This document shows positions 1-10,064 of a DNA stretch of 60,571 bases, piece by piece. The stretch lies in the NCBI GenBank assembly GCA_045540535.1, contig JAZQHI010000153.1, forward strand, positions 1 to 60,571, given 5' to 3'. Made by a program: the position numbers and the translations under genes. Numbering within the stretch: position 1 is the first letter of the stretch; each line of letters opens with the position of its first letter. Below the pieces are notes generated by a model, which did no database searches, was not told where the DNA came from, and saw only the letters and a list, made by a program, of their open reading frames with translations. This stretch comes from Acutalibacteraceae bacterium. Its GTDB lineage: Bacteria > Bacillota > Clostridia > Oscillospirales > Acutalibacteraceae.

Positions 1-861
1 ACCGCCGTCATAAGCCTTGATTGCGATTGCGCTTATTAACAGTATCGGGCTTGTGAGAACAAGCATTATTGCAGAAACTACAATATCAAAAGCGCGTTTT
101 AAGAAACGTTGCTCTAATGTAAGACCTACATTGCGGTATAAAAGCAGGGGAGTATCGAAAATATGAAGACTTTCGGCTCCTCTTACCAAAATATCCGAAA
201 CCTTGGTTGTAGTATAGGTTCTGATATCATTTTCAAAGCAGATTTTAAGGATCTTATTACGTGTTTCGGAGTGAACGTCGTATATAATTACGGCTTCGGA
301 AGAGGTAATCAGTTTCTCGAGTTCTTCCATACCTACAGAAACATTTACGATATTCTGCACCGAAAACTTGTCCTTGCGGCAAGCAACTTTTTGAAGAAAA
401 ACATCGGGAGAATAGTTATCGTAAACCAGTAAGGTGTTTTTTGCAGGGAAAAGTTTCTTAAACAGATAGTTTCCGCCAAAAGTTATTGCAACAATTATTA
501 TGACATCTGCAAAGAACATCCATAAAAGCGGGAAAACCGTAACAAATCTTGCTGTAAGCAAAACTATTTGCAAATAAATAATAAATGCAGTTGCAAATGA
601 AGCCAGAATTTGCGCGGTAATAAGATTCGTTCTGCGGTAAAGACCGTACTTTAAACCGTCAAACGAGTGCAAGAAAATGGAAAGCAGAATAATATATACT
701 GCATAGAAGAACCAGTTACCTTTTTGCACAAAGGGAAGCACAATAAAGTTATTATACTCGTTAATCCATACATGAGCAAAGATTGCTGTTTGTGAAAGTA
801 CCAAAGTGATGATAAGCAGAGAGCGAAGAATTTTTTTGAATTGTTCATTTTTAGTTTTCAA
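1..861 (-). CDS. Polyprenyl glycosylphosphotransferase (WbaP/EpsE-type initiating sugar transferase), 3' end cut by window edge
   Basis: Absent from the ORF track (no stop in window). My minus-strand translation from TTG 861 (AAGGA 9 nt upstream) reads KTKNEQFKKILRSLLIITLVLSQ...KYGLYRRTN...LLVYDNYSPD...LEQRFLKRAFDIVVSAIMLVLTSPILLISAIAIKAYDGG. This gives TM helices, a central linker and the start of the bacterial sugar-transferase domain. Track ORF 651..848 is a wrong frame over the same DNA. Confidence 0.8.
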   Translation of the reverse strand, partial: MKTKNEQFKKILRSLLIITLVLSQTAIFAHVWINEYNNFIVLPFVQKGNWFFYAVYIILLSIFLHSFDGLKYGLYRRTNLITAQILASFATAFIIYLQIVLLTARFVTVFPLLWMFFADVIIIVAITFGGNYLFKKLFPAKNTLLVYDNYSPDVFLQKVACRKDKFSVQNIVNVSVGMEELEKLITSSEAVIIYDVHSETRNKILKICFENDIRTYTTTKVSDILVRGAESLHIFDTPLLLYRNVGLTLEQRFLKRAFDIVVSAIMLVLTSPILLISAIAIKAYDGG

Positions 862-889
862 AAAATCACATCCTTGAATTATTATAACG

Positions 890-2422
890 TCAGTTTTTGG
901 TTTCGGGCTTTTTAAATAGATTTTTAAGGGTTAAAAAGCCTGTATTTAAAAGACCTCTGAAACTTTTGAAAAACAGTAGATTTGCAATTGTTAAAATTAT
1001 TAAAATTGCAATTACTGCAAGGCACGAGGTCAAAAACCACATTAGGAAATTTGTGTCAAGAACCCTTAAGGGCATTAATGAATAAAGGCTATGAATTGCT
1101 ATTATTATTGCGATATTGGCAATATATTTAACAAAATCTAACCAAGGGAATATGCCGAACACCTTTTTATAAACTATAATCGGAAAGGTAAGAAAACTTA
1201 CCAACAGAACAGACAGAGCGCCTGCAATTAATATGCCCTTAACGCCTAATCCTAATTTTAAAAAGATAAAAGAAAGCGATGTTGTAACAACAGCCTCAGC
1301 GATAGACATAATCTGCATTTCTTTATACAGCACAAAAATATCTTTTAACATATATAACGGTCTTCGGGCGATGTTATGGAAAAACACAAACAGCAGACAC
1401 ATTAACGAAACGCTGTCAAGCAGTTTGTCCGCCCCTACCCAAATCGAAATAAAAGGGTTTATACAGAAACTAAGCGCTAGTGTTAAAAGACTTGCTATAA
1501 AGAAGTACATAGTGTTTATTTGCTGAAACACAAAATAGGCGGATTTGTCATTTTTCTTTTCGTTTAAAAGATTACCAAGGCTTGCAACAATTGCTATTCC
1601 CGACTGATAAACAAAGTCGTTAAGGTATTTTGTTATATACTTATAATTAGTATACACAATAACCGTAAAAGGATTAATAAATGCCGATACTAACAACGCG
1701 CCTATATTTTCCTGAACGGCGGAAACAACCTTGAATATCAGAATATGGCTCATACCTGTAAGTTTTACACTACCCTCAAGTTTCACAGTTTTAAGCCAAG
1801 GGTATTCTTTAAAGACAATTTTGTTAAGATGCAGGTTCATTATAATCCGCAATAAAATGGATACTAAAAGAACTGTTATATAAGAAAAACCGATGTATAT
1901 TAAAAGAATTTCCAAAACGGTTTCCAGTATTTTATATCCGTAAGACTGCAGATTAATTTTATATAGTTTTTGGTCGGCAGTGAGAAGAAATCGCGGTGCA
2001 AAGAGAAAATATTCTACAAGGCTTTTAGCAAGAAAAAGTATAAATACTTTTTGCATATAACCGATAGAAAGCGCATTTCCTTTTGCAAGGGCTTTCAAAA
2101 AGAAGGAAAGAATAATTCCTGATATAATTATTATAAAACAAATAATCCTTAACATTCTTTTTGAAAGGGTATAGTATTTACAAATTGTTTCCCTATCCTT
2201 ATCAATAAGCAAGGAATAGTACTTTTTTTGTACTAAAGCGCCTATACCGGCTTCTGCGATTGAGAGATACGCGAAAAGTTGAAAAAACAACTGGTTAAGA
2301 GCGTATATATCCTCATCCATATTGCCTTGCCAAACCTTGACTTTAAAAAAGCCAAGGATGACAAATACCGCGAAAGGAACCATACTTGTAAACAGATTAA
2401 GTAATGAATTTTTTGTTCTCAT
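890..2422 (-). CDS. Polysaccharide flippase (Wzx / MOP-superfamily polysaccharide biosynthesis protein)
   Basis: 510 aa, hydrophobic throughout with many predicted TM helices and no soluble domain. It sits inside a glycopolymer operon. Confidence 0.65.
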   Translation of the reverse strand: MRTKNSLLNLFTSMVPFAVFVILGFFKVKVWQGNMDEDIYALNQLFFQLFAYLSIAEAGIGALVQKKYYSLLIDKDRETICKYYTLSKRMLRIICFIIIISGIILSFFLKALAKGNALSIGYMQKVFILFLAKSLVEYFLFAPRFLLTADQKLYKINLQSYGYKILETVLEILLIYIGFSYITVLLVSILLRIIMNLHLNKIVFKEYPWLKTVKLEGSVKLTGMSHILIFKVVSAVQENIGALLVSAFINPFTVIVYTNYKYITKYLNDFVYQSGIAIVASLGNLLNEKKNDKSAYFVFQQINTMYFFIASLLTLALSFCINPFISIWVGADKLLDSVSLMCLLFVFFHNIARRPLYMLKDIFVLYKEMQIMSIAEAVVTTSLSFIFLKLGLGVKGILIAGALSVLLVSFLTFPIIVYKKVFGIFPWLDFVKYIANIAIIIAIHSLYSLMPLRVLDTNFLMWFLTSCLAVIAILIILTIANLLFFKSFRGLLNTGFLTLKNLFKKPETKN

Positions 2423-2424
2423 AA

Positions 2425-3537
2425 TTATTTGGTACAGAATTTAGCGATTATTGCGTCAACAATACGTTCACTTGCGTGACCGTCGCCGTAAGGGTTAGAG
2501 GCTTTGCTCATATGCTCATATTCGGCTTTGTCGGTTAACAGTCGCATAGTTTCTTTATAAATAACCTCACTGTCTGTTCCAACCAGTTTTGAAGTTCCTG
2601 CTTCAATACCTTCGGGGCGCTCGGTAGTGTCCCTCAATACTAAAACGGGTTTTCCAAGGGTTGGAACTTCTTCTTGAATTCCGCCGCTATCGGTCAGAAT
2701 TATGTAAGCAAGATTTTGTAGGTTATGAAAATCACAAACATCCAACGGTTCCATAAGTTTTACCCTGTCGCAGTCACCGAAGATTTCAGCAGCGGCGGTT
2801 CTTACAAGCGGATTCTTATGTATAGGATATACAACCTTTATATCGGGTACATCGTCGAGAACTTTGCGGATACCTTTGAAAATATTTTTCATAGGTTCGC
2901 CTAAATTTTCACGTCGGTGCGCGGTTAGCAGTAACATTCGGTCGTCACCCAACCAATCAAGTATAGGGTGGGTGAAATTTTCAACTATAGTTGTTGACAT
3001 AGCATCAATTGCAGTATTGCCTGTTACATAAATTTTATGCCTGTCAATATGTTCTTTTATCAGATTGTCACGGCTGAGTTCCGTAGGCGAAAAGAACATA
3101 TCGGTCATACAGTCAACCATACGCCTGTTAATTTCTTCAGGGTAGGGCGAGTATTTATTATAGGTTCTTAAGCCTGCTTCGATGTGACCGATTGCCGTTT
3201 TGTTATAAAATGCAGCAAGCGCACCCGCAAATGTGGTGGTAGTATCGCCATGAACCAAAACAATATCGGGTTTACGTTCTTTAATTACCGTGTCAATTCC
3301 TATTAAAGCGGCATCGGTAATATCAAGTAAAGTTTGCCCCTGTTTCATTATATTAAGGTCGTAATCAGGGGTTATATTGAAAGTTTCAAGCACTTGGTCT
3401 AGCATTTCCCTGTGTTGAGCGGTAACGCAAACTATACTTTCAACTTCGTTTCGGTTTTCAAGTTCTTTAATTAGCGGTGCCATCTTTATGGCTTCGGGCC
3501 TAGTGCCGAAAATACTCAGCACTTTAATTTTATCCAT
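2425..3537 (-). CDS. mnaA: UDP-N-acetylglucosamine 2-epimerase (non-hydrolysing)
   Basis: 370 aa. KVLSIFGTRPEAIKMAPL N-terminus, HGDTTT and DSGGIQEE motifs typical of WecB/MnaA epimerases. Confidence 0.92.
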   Translation of the reverse strand: MDKIKVLSIFGTRPEAIKMAPLIKELENRNEVESIVCVTAQHREMLDQVLETFNITPDYDLNIMKQGQTLLDITDAALIGIDTVIKERKPDIVLVHGDTTTTFAGALAAFYNKTAIGHIEAGLRTYNKYSPYPEEINRRMVDCMTDMFFSPTELSRDNLIKEHIDRHKIYVTGNTAIDAMSTTIVENFTHPILDWLGDDRMLLLTAHRRENLGEPMKNIFKGIRKVLDDVPDIKVVYPIHKNPLVRTAAAEIFGDCDRVKLMEPLDVCDFHNLQNLAYIILTDSGGIQEEVPTLGKPVLVLRDTTERPEGIEAGTSKLVGTDSEVIYKETMRLLTDKAEYEHMSKASNPYGDGHASERIVDAIIAKFCTK

Positions 3538-3557
3538 CGTTTCCCTCCTTATAAAGT

Positions 3558-4679
3558 TTACAAACTAGGTGAATTCTGTCGGTCAAAACCGCCGTTTTTT
3601 AGTTCTTCGGCTATTCTTTGGCAGACATTACCGTCATTCATAGTACTGTATTTTTTATTAAAAACTTCCCGTTTTTCGCGATATTCGGTTATAAATTTAT
3701 CGGTATCTTCAAAAATACGGGAAAGTTCTGTTTTATTATATGCGACAGGCCCCGGTAAATTACTTTTATAATCAATATAAAATCCGTCCCGTTCGCGTAT
3801 GTAGTCTTCAAAATCGTATGGGTAAAAAACTGTAAGTTTATCAATAAGCGAGAAATCGAAAAAAATCGAGGAATAATCGGTTATTAAAATGTCCGACACG
3901 GCAAGCAGTTGGTTAAGATTTGCAAAATCACATACATTTATAACCGAATCGGTAAAAATTTCGGGGTTAATCTTCTCTGCTACAAACGGATGAAGTCTTA
4001 TAAGCAGATTAAAGTTTTTATAAAGGTTTTTTGGTAGGTCAATATTAATAACATCAGCCTTTAGTTCTGCATCGCGGAAAGTCGGGGCATAGAGCACTGT
4101 TTTTTTATTTTTGTCAAGTTTTAACTTATATTTAATGCTCTCTATATCGTAATCGTAAAATAACGCGTCGGTACGGGGATTGCCCAAAAACTTAGTAGCA
4201 CAAGTGTATCCGCTTGAAGTTTTAAGTTTTTCGGCTTCAAATTCACCGGAACTTACCAAGTAATCCCAATCTACAGTGTGGGGGAGTTGGCTTATATTAT
4301 CGGGGTTAGCAACATCCAGTCCCATTTTTTTAAGCGGAATCCCGTGCCACAACTGAATATAAACCTGACCTTTTCTTTTTTTTATAAGCGAGCCTAACGA
4401 TTGGCAGGTGAAAAGATATTTATAGGTTGCTAAGTGGTAAAAACTTTTAAAGGTTCTTACAAATGCATAGTCGCCGTTTTCAAGACCGCTTAAATCGGCA
4501 TCCCTTGAAACTATAAAAATCAGTTTATAGTCGGGAAAATGTTCTTTTAAATATTTATAAACATAATATGGGTTATCTGTAGCCTGATATTTAGTTGATA
4601 AAAAAACTATTTTTTTATTATTTATAGGAAAAGGTTTAAAAACTGTATTTAAAGCAACGCTTATTAGTTTTTTAAGCAT
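3558..4679 (-). CDS. CDP-glycerol glycerophosphotransferase family protein (TagB/TagF-like)
   Basis: 373 aa. LWHGIPLKKMG, YAPTFRD and ITDYSSIFFDF motifs of the Glyphos_transf family. Confidence 0.8.
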   Translation of the reverse strand: MLKKLISVALNTVFKPFPINNKKIVFLSTKYQATDNPYYVYKYLKEHFPDYKLIFIVSRDADLSGLENGDYAFVRTFKSFYHLATYKYLFTCQSLGSLIKKRKGQVYIQLWHGIPLKKMGLDVANPDNISQLPHTVDWDYLVSSGEFEAEKLKTSSGYTCATKFLGNPRTDALFYDYDIESIKYKLKLDKNKKTVLYAPTFRDAELKADVINIDLPKNLYKNFNLLIRLHPFVAEKINPEIFTDSVINVCDFANLNQLLAVSDILITDYSSIFFDFSLIDKLTVFYPYDFEDYIRERDGFYIDYKSNLPGPVAYNKTELSRIFEDTDKFITEYREKREVFNKKYSTMNDGNVCQRIAEELKNGGFDRQNSPSL

Positions 4680-4704
4680 AGGACAGTCCTTTCTTAAAAA
4701 TTAC

Positions 4705-5409
4705 TCATTTCTTTATTTTTAAGAAAAATTTCACATTGTTATTATAAAAACGTTTAAGTCTTCTGGGTTCGGTAGAAATTCTGTATAACCATTCCATATT
4801 GTTATTAACAAAGAAATCGGGAGCACGTTTTTTGGTTCCGCTTAAAACATCAAAACTGCCGCCAACACCTACAAAAATGCCCTTGTTAAACTTTTCAAGG
4901 TGTTTGTAAATAAGCAGTTCCTGTGCAGGTATGCCGAGTGCTACTAAAATAATATCGGGTTCTGCCTTTAAAATATCTTCAAAAACAGCGTCGCGGTCTT
5001 CAACGTAACCATTAGTGGCGCCCGCAATTTTAAGATTGGGGTATTTTTCGTTAAGCACCTTAATCAGCGCCTCTAAAACTTCGGTTTTAGCGCCGAAAAG
5101 ATAAACAGATTTGCCTAATTCGTTTCCAACCTTAAAAAGTTCTGCTGTAATATCTACACCGGGTATTCTTTCTTTTATTTCAAGGTCGATTATTTTGGCA
5201 CCCTTAACTATACCGATACCGTCAGCCACTACTGTGGTTTTAGGGTCTAACATCAATTTTTGGAATTCGGGATTTTTTTCACCGTTTGTAAAAGCCTCGG
5301 GATTGGCAGTTACAACAAACATCCGCTTGTTTTCAGTAAGATTTGTTTTAAGAAGTTCAAAAAACGCTGCCTTACTGTCGGTATATAATTTTTCAAAAAA
5401 CCTTTTCAT
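4705..5409 (-). CDS. tagA: WecG/TagA/CpsF-family glycosyltransferase (ManNAc transferase-like)
   Basis: 234 aa. VVTANPE, DGIGIV, VGVGGSFDVLSG..KRAP and EWLYRI..EPRR motifs of the GT26 TagA family. Confidence 0.85.
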   Translation of the reverse strand: MKRFFEKLYTDSKAAFFELLKTNLTENKRMFVVTANPEAFTNGEKNPEFQKLMLDPKTTVVADGIGIVKGAKIIDLEIKERIPGVDITAELFKVGNELGKSVYLFGAKTEVLEALIKVLNEKYPNLKIAGATNGYVEDRDAVFEDILKAEPDIILVALGIPAQELLIYKHLEKFNKGIFVGVGGSFDVLSGTKKRAPDFFVNNNMEWLYRISTEPRRLKRFYNNNVKFFLKIKK

Positions 5410-5413
5410 AATA

Positions 5414-6112
5414 TTATTTCACTCGCATAATAAATTTTCTAAAAAGTGAAGCCTTGGTTTTGCTGGTAACCCTTAGTTTTAAAAATGCATTAATTTTTCG
5501 TGCTAAGGGTTTCTTTTCATCAAGCCAGGTTCCCGTAAAAACGTGAATTGCAACGGAATTTTTTGAGGGGTTGCAAAGCACCGTGTCGGGATAAACGGCA
5601 ATTCCGCTTTCAAGTACCTGAAAACCGTTACCCGTTTTACAATTGTATCGGTTTATTAAAATATCCGAAACCGATATCGTGTTGTTGCAGTTGAATTCAA
5701 AACTGTAATTATCAAGATTATCGTAATACAAAAGCATATCTTTAACAAGCGGATGTCCCGCTTCCGCACCAAAAACGGCGGTAAATGGGTGATCGGGATT
5801 TTCAAAACCCACAAACGCTTTGTTATTTAAAAAGTCATCAAAATTATCAAGTATTAAAACATCGGTATCTAAATAAATTCCGCCGTGCTCGTAAATAACA
5901 CTGGCTCTGATATAATCACTCACAAATGCCCATTTTTTAGCATCATACGCTGCCCTGACAAAAGGGTGAGCATTGATATCAAAATTGGTTTCATTCCATT
6001 CTATGATTTCATAATCACTCAAATGACCTTTCCAGGTGTCAATGCAACGTTTAATGTCTTTGGGTTTCTCTTTTCCGCCTACCCAAACGTAGTGAATTTT
6101 TTTAGGTATCAT
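5414..6112 (-). CDS. Glycosyltransferase with DXD motif (Gly_transf_sug / GT32-like)
   Basis: 232 aa. IPKKIHYVWVGG N-terminus and YLDTDV DXD motif. Confidence 0.7.
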   Translation of the reverse strand: MIPKKIHYVWVGGKEKPKDIKRCIDTWKGHLSDYEIIEWNETNFDINAHPFVRAAYDAKKWAFVSDYIRASVIYEHGGIYLDTDVLILDNFDDFLNNKAFVGFENPDHPFTAVFGAEAGHPLVKDMLLYYDNLDNYSFEFNCNNTISVSDILINRYNCKTGNGFQVLESGIAVYPDTVLCNPSKNSVAIHVFTGTWLDEKKPLARKINAFLKLRVTSKTKASLFRKFIMRVK

Positions 6113-7532
6113 ACCGATTATCTCCTATTTGAGATGCAGAGTTTTTGTGTTCAAGCGGTGTACGGGCGTTTAGTTCTGCAAATAATTTTATAATTATTAT
6201 AGCGGGGTAAATGCTTACCGCAGGCGCCACAAAAACGTGACCTGCCAAAAAAGCGCAAGCAATAGTAATAAGAATTGCATAAATATAGGTGAGTTCTCGT
6301 TCCATTAAAAAGAACTGCTTTATATTTTTAAAGAACTTTTTAATGCATATCACAGCAAAAATTCCTATAACTATTATATAAATTAAAAATCCTATAATAC
6401 CGTGGTTAATAATCAGTGCCGCAAAGTCCATTTCTATAAGATTTTTAAAGGTGGTGTTTGCAGGGGTTTCGAAAATATACCCCAAACCGAATAGTTTTTG
6501 TGGCAAACTGCTTTTTAGATAAGCATCTATTGCTGGAATAATTATTATAAGTCGGTCGCTAAGCAACCAGTTTGCTATTAAAAATGTTTTATATGCAAAA
6601 TCAGAATTATTAAGAACCGCTTTTATATGGTCGTGGTCATAAAGTTCGGCTTTTTCTTCAGGGTCATCATCGTCAAGATTTTCGGTTACATGGCTGTCAA
6701 AATGCTCGTTCGTCATCACCGAATTATTTTGTTTAATAGGGGAATTTAACTGGAAAAGCAAAACAGTTACTAAAAAAAGCGCTATAAGTTGCAAGGAAAA
6801 ATTGCGCGCAGTTTGGGTTTTAGTAATTATCCATTTAATAATATAGAAAAGCGTTAAAAGAATAATTATTCCAAAACAGGCTAAAAATGGCACTTTTGTT
6901 CCAATATATACCGAAACAAAGGCAATTAAAAAGAAAACGGAAATCTTTAAAACCCAATTTTTAGCATTAAGTGCGTAAAAAAGCGCTACTGCAGCAAGGC
7001 AGGAAATTATTGCTCCCGTTTCGTTGGCGGCGTAAAACCAGCCGCAGTAACCTTTGGCATAATCGTAGGTTACAAAACTTGTATTTGTTATTGCCGAAAT
7101 AAAAATTGTTGAAGCGTAGCAAATAAAAACTAAGGTCAGCGATTTATCGCTCACAGTAAACTCTTTTTCTTTGTAAAGTGCGAAAAAGAATAGCAAAACA
7201 AAGACAAAATAGTACATTTTAAAGAACATCTTGCCGTTTTCTGCAAGGGTTCCTGTTCCGCTGTAAAGGGCGCTTATAATTATGTTTGCAATGCCGTAAA
7301 CGGCGGTGAAGATATAAGTGCCAAGCAAGGTTTTTTTGTACTCCGCTTTGTAAAAAAACAAAAAGTAAATGCCGATTAATCCAATAAACAGTATTCTGAA
7401 TAACATACCTACTGTAACCGAGGATGCGGTAAACCTTACTGTCAACGAGGTTATAAAATCCAGTAGCGGTTGCAGTAAAACATACCATTTAATTAAAAAT
7501 GTGAATTTTTCTTTTGATATAGATAATTTCAT
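6102..7532 (-). CDS. O-antigen polymerase/ligase-like polytopic membrane protein (Wzy-type)
   Basis: 476 aa with many TM helices and one acidic soluble loop (ENLDDDDPEEKAELYDHDH). Called from operon context. It overlaps the next gene by 11 nt. Confidence 0.6.
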   Translation of the reverse strand: MKLSISKEKFTFLIKWYVLLQPLLDFITSLTVRFTASSVTVGMLFRILFIGLIGIYFLFFYKAEYKKTLLGTYIFTAVYGIANIIISALYSGTGTLAENGKMFFKMYYFVFVLLFFFALYKEKEFTVSDKSLTLVFICYASTIFISAITNTSFVTYDYAKGYCGWFYAANETGAIISCLAAVALFYALNAKNWVLKISVFFLIAFVSVYIGTKVPFLACFGIIILLTLFYIIKWIITKTQTARNFSLQLIALFLVTVLLFQLNSPIKQNNSVMTNEHFDSHVTENLDDDDPEEKAELYDHDHIKAVLNNSDFAYKTFLIANWLLSDRLIIIIPAIDAYLKSSLPQKLFGLGYIFETPANTTFKNLIEMDFAALIINHGIIGFLIYIIVIGIFAVICIKKFFKNIKQFFLMERELTYIYAILITIACAFLAGHVFVAPAVSIYPAIIIIKLFAELNARTPLEHKNSASQIGDNRYDT

Positions 7533-7545
7533 TTTTACTACCCAA

Positions 7546-8679
7546 TTATATATTGTTAATAAAGTCGAACCATTGTTGCCTTATGTTTTCGTAAGAATAA
7601 TTTTTTGAAACTTTTCTTGAAATTTCGCCTAATTTTTGTCGTTTTTCTGGGTTTTCGATAAGTTCATTTATAACCTTTGCCATTTTCACTTTGTCACGGT
7701 TTTTAACTAAAATACCGCTGTTTCCGCCATTTAAAACTTCGCAAGCGCCTTTAGCACTGTCAAACGCAACACAGGGTATTCCAAAACTTTGCGCTTCAAT
7801 AAGCACAAGTCCAAAGGACTCGGTATGCGAAGTCATAACATAAACCGAAGTTTCTTTAAGCAGCAGGTTAATTTCGTCACGGTTTTTAAACCCGTGCATA
7901 ATAACATTTTGTTCTAAATGATGCTGTTTTATAAGGTTTTCAATATTTTCTCTACAGTCGCCGTCACCCACTATGTGAAGTTTCCAGTCGCTGTGTTTTT
8001 GGCAAACAATCTTAAAAACTTCTATAAGGTCGTCAAAGCCTTTTTCGGCTGAAAGCCTGCCTACAGCAGTAAGGTTTTTTTGTGTCAGGTCGGCAGTTTC
8101 TTCAGGAAAAAAATCAAGATAATGCGGAATATATACGCATTTAACCCCTTTTTTCACCTTGTCGGCATAAAATTTAGTAAGTTCTTTAGATACAGGTAAA
8201 AAATAAGCCATATCTTTTATAGCGCGAAGTTGCTTTATTATATATTTTTGGTTGCCGTTGTGGTGATTATGCTCCTCTGCTATACAAACGGTATTTTTGG
8301 GCGCATTTCGGGTTAAAAGTTTGTGGTACAAATAGCGCGTGGAAACTGCAATATCGGTGCGAAGCCCTTTAATCGCTTTCTTCATTAACGCGCGGCGAAG
8401 ATAAAGTATTTTAACGCTTTTTAACCCCTCTTTAATAAGCAATGCAAAATTTTTGCGCTTTAAAGCGGTTTTCAACTCGTCCCTATTAGGTTTAAGGTTT
8501 TCGGTAAGATAGGTGATTTTAACTCTGGGGTCTACCTTAAAGGCAGGTTGGTCTAAAAGTTTATAAAAACTAATAATTTCAACACTGCAAAATTCACTTA
8601 AAAGATTTGCTCTTGAAATAACCGAGCGTTCCGCTCCGCCATAGCCCAAATGCAACGCCAAAAAAGTTATTTTTTTCAT
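7546..8679 (-). CDS. Glycosyltransferase family 4 (GT-B fold)
   Basis: 377 aa. C-terminal EAQSFGIPCVAFD motif and GT4-like organisation. It is the first gene of the operon. Confidence 0.8.
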   Translation of the reverse strand: MKKITFLALHLGYGGAERSVISRANLLSEFCSVEIISFYKLLDQPAFKVDPRVKITYLTENLKPNRDELKTALKRKNFALLIKEGLKSVKILYLRRALMKKAIKGLRTDIAVSTRYLYHKLLTRNAPKNTVCIAEEHNHHNGNQKYIIKQLRAIKDMAYFLPVSKELTKFYADKVKKGVKCVYIPHYLDFFPEETADLTQKNLTAVGRLSAEKGFDDLIEVFKIVCQKHSDWKLHIVGDGDCRENIENLIKQHHLEQNVIMHGFKNRDEINLLLKETSVYVMTSHTESFGLVLIEAQSFGIPCVAFDSAKGACEVLNGGNSGILVKNRDKVKMAKVINELIENPEKRQKLGEISRKVSKNYSYENIRQQWFDFINNI

Positions 8680-8728
8680 AAAGGCACCTTGAATTTTATT
8701 CTAATATATATAATAACCTTATTTTAAC

Positions 8729-8757
8729 ATTATACCAAAAACTTATCGTTAAGTCAA
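8729..8757 (-). promoter_or_regulatory. Sigma-A type promoter of the glycopolymer operon
   Basis: The minus strand reads TTGACT-17 nt-TATAAT, about 50 nt upstream of the ATG at 8679. Confidence 0.55.
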
Positions 8758-8856
8758 CTGTTAATGAGGCTTGCCAAACGGCTTTAAAAGGGCGTTTAAA
8801 GCCGTTTTAGGTTTGCAAATTAATATAAATAAATTCAGCATCAAAAATTTAAAATT

Positions 8857-8885
8857 TTGCTTTTTTCGACAAATTGTGGTATTAT
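8857..8885 (+). promoter_or_regulatory. Sigma-A type promoter (extended -10)
   Basis: TTGCTT-17 nt-TATTAT with TG at the extended -10 position. It lies inside the first 10 codons of track ORF 8857, which argues for a downstream start. Confidence 0.4.
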
Positions 8886-8916
8886 ATTAATTGGATTAAA
8901 AGTGGGGTGGAATTTC

Positions 8917-9696
8917 GTGTTTTTTTTGACTAAGGAAACGGTTCCTGCAGGTGTTGGCTTTAGCACCTTTGGAGTTAAGCATTTGCTGTGGCTATTCGTG
9001 ATAGCGGTTATGTGTGTTGTGTCGGTATTAGTTTACCGCAGATTAACCCCTGAAAAACGCAATACTATGCGGCTTATTTTGGGTTACACAATAGTAGGGT
9101 ATGAAATATTAAAGGATATCGTTGCGGCTATTATCGGTGATTTTGGTGCTTCACATTTGCCGCTTCATTTATGCGGAATAAACGTATTGTTAGTAGGTTT
9201 TGATTTAATTAAACAAACAAAAACGGTACGCAATTTTTTATATTATTTTTCAATACCGGGCGCGTTGTTAGCACTTTTTTTCCCTAATTGGACAGTTCTT
9301 CCGTTATGGAACTTTTTCAATATTCACAGTTTTATAATACACGGTTTGTTGGTTCTCTATCCGCTTATATTGGTTGCAGGCGGTGATTTAACACCGAGTG
9401 TTAAAATGATGCCTAAATGTATACTTTTATTAGTGGCAATGGCAATACCTATATATTTTATAAATCTCATTCTTGATACAAATTTTATGTTTTTAATGGA
9501 GCCCGAAACGGGTAACCCGTTGGGACTTTTTGAAAAATACTTAGGCAGTCATTTGTGGGGATTCCCGATTTTGTTGCCGCCTGTAATGTTTTTAATGTAC
9601 ATACCTATATTTTTAATTTCAAAATGCAAAAAGCGGCGCAGTGAAATTGGCGCTCCGCTTTCAAATGCCGAAACCCTAGAAAAAGTAATAAAATAA
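8917..9696 (+). CDS. Polytopic membrane protein, YwaF/TIGR02206-like
   Basis: Track ORF 8857..9696 trimmed to the in-frame GTG at 8917, downstream of the predicted promoter and preceded by GGGGTGG. About 7 TM helices. The family assignment is from memory only. Confidence 0.5.
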   Translation: MFFLTKETVPAGVGFSTFGVKHLLWLFVIAVMCVVSVLVYRRLTPEKRNTMRLILGYTIVGYEILKDIVAAIIGDFGASHLPLHLCGINVLLVGFDLIKQTKTVRNFLYYFSIPGALLALFFPNWTVLPLWNFFNIHSFIIHGLLVLYPLILVAGGDLTPSVKMMPKCILLLVAMAIPIYFINLILDTNFMFLMEPETGNPLGLFEKYLGSHLWGFPILLPPVMFLMYIPIFLISKCKKRRSEIGAPLSNAETLEKVIK

Positions 9697-9705
9697 CCCC
9701 AAAAA

Positions 9706-9745
9706 CATAGCCCAAGGTGTTTTACCTTGGGCTATGCTTTTCTTT
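9706..9745 (+). terminator. Intrinsic terminator
   Basis: 13-bp stem CATAGCCCAAGGT/ACCTTGGGCTATG, 5-nt loop, then a CTTTTCTTT tract. Confidence 0.75.
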
Positions 9746-9860
9746 GTGTTAAAAGCGGGGCGGGGAACCCATCTCTTACAAATATTAGTATAATCCGCGA
9801 AAGAAAGATTTTAATTTAATAAGGCAAAAGGGGAGTATAAACAGCCACAAAAATAATTTA

Positions 9861-9889
9861 TTGCTATTTGCTTGCAACGGTGGTATACT
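9861..9889 (+). promoter_or_regulatory. Sigma-A type promoter with a ~185-nt leader
   Basis: TTGCTA-17 nt-TATACT with TG at the extended -10 position. The next start codon is at 10079. Confidence 0.45.
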
Positions 9890-10031
9890 AAAATTACCAC
9901 ATAACATTTTAATAACGTCAAACAATAAAGTGTGTATTTTTATCTTTTGGTAAAAATGCAGGCTCTATTTTCGCATACTTTGTTGTTTGATGAAAATGTT
10001 GTGTGGTAGCAATGATGAGTCGCATTTTTCG

Positions 10032-10064
10032 GTGTGTGTGACTTTGAGTTGCACACACTTTTTT
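10032..10064 (+). terminator. Terminator-like hairpin within the leader (possible attenuator)
   Basis: GTGTGTG...CACACAC stem followed by TTTTTT, ending 5 nt before the GGGAGG RBS of the lipoprotein gene. Confidence 0.4.

Noticed and set aside
163-848. Track ORFs 163..432 (+) and 651..848 (-)
   Set aside because: Both lie within the WbaP-type transferase gene, which reads in another minus-strand frame from TTG 861 to the window edge. The 651..848 product is an off-frame artefact.
8857-8916. First 20 codons of track ORF 8857..9696
   Set aside because: This stretch contains a good -35/-10 promoter pair, so translation more likely starts at GTG 8917.
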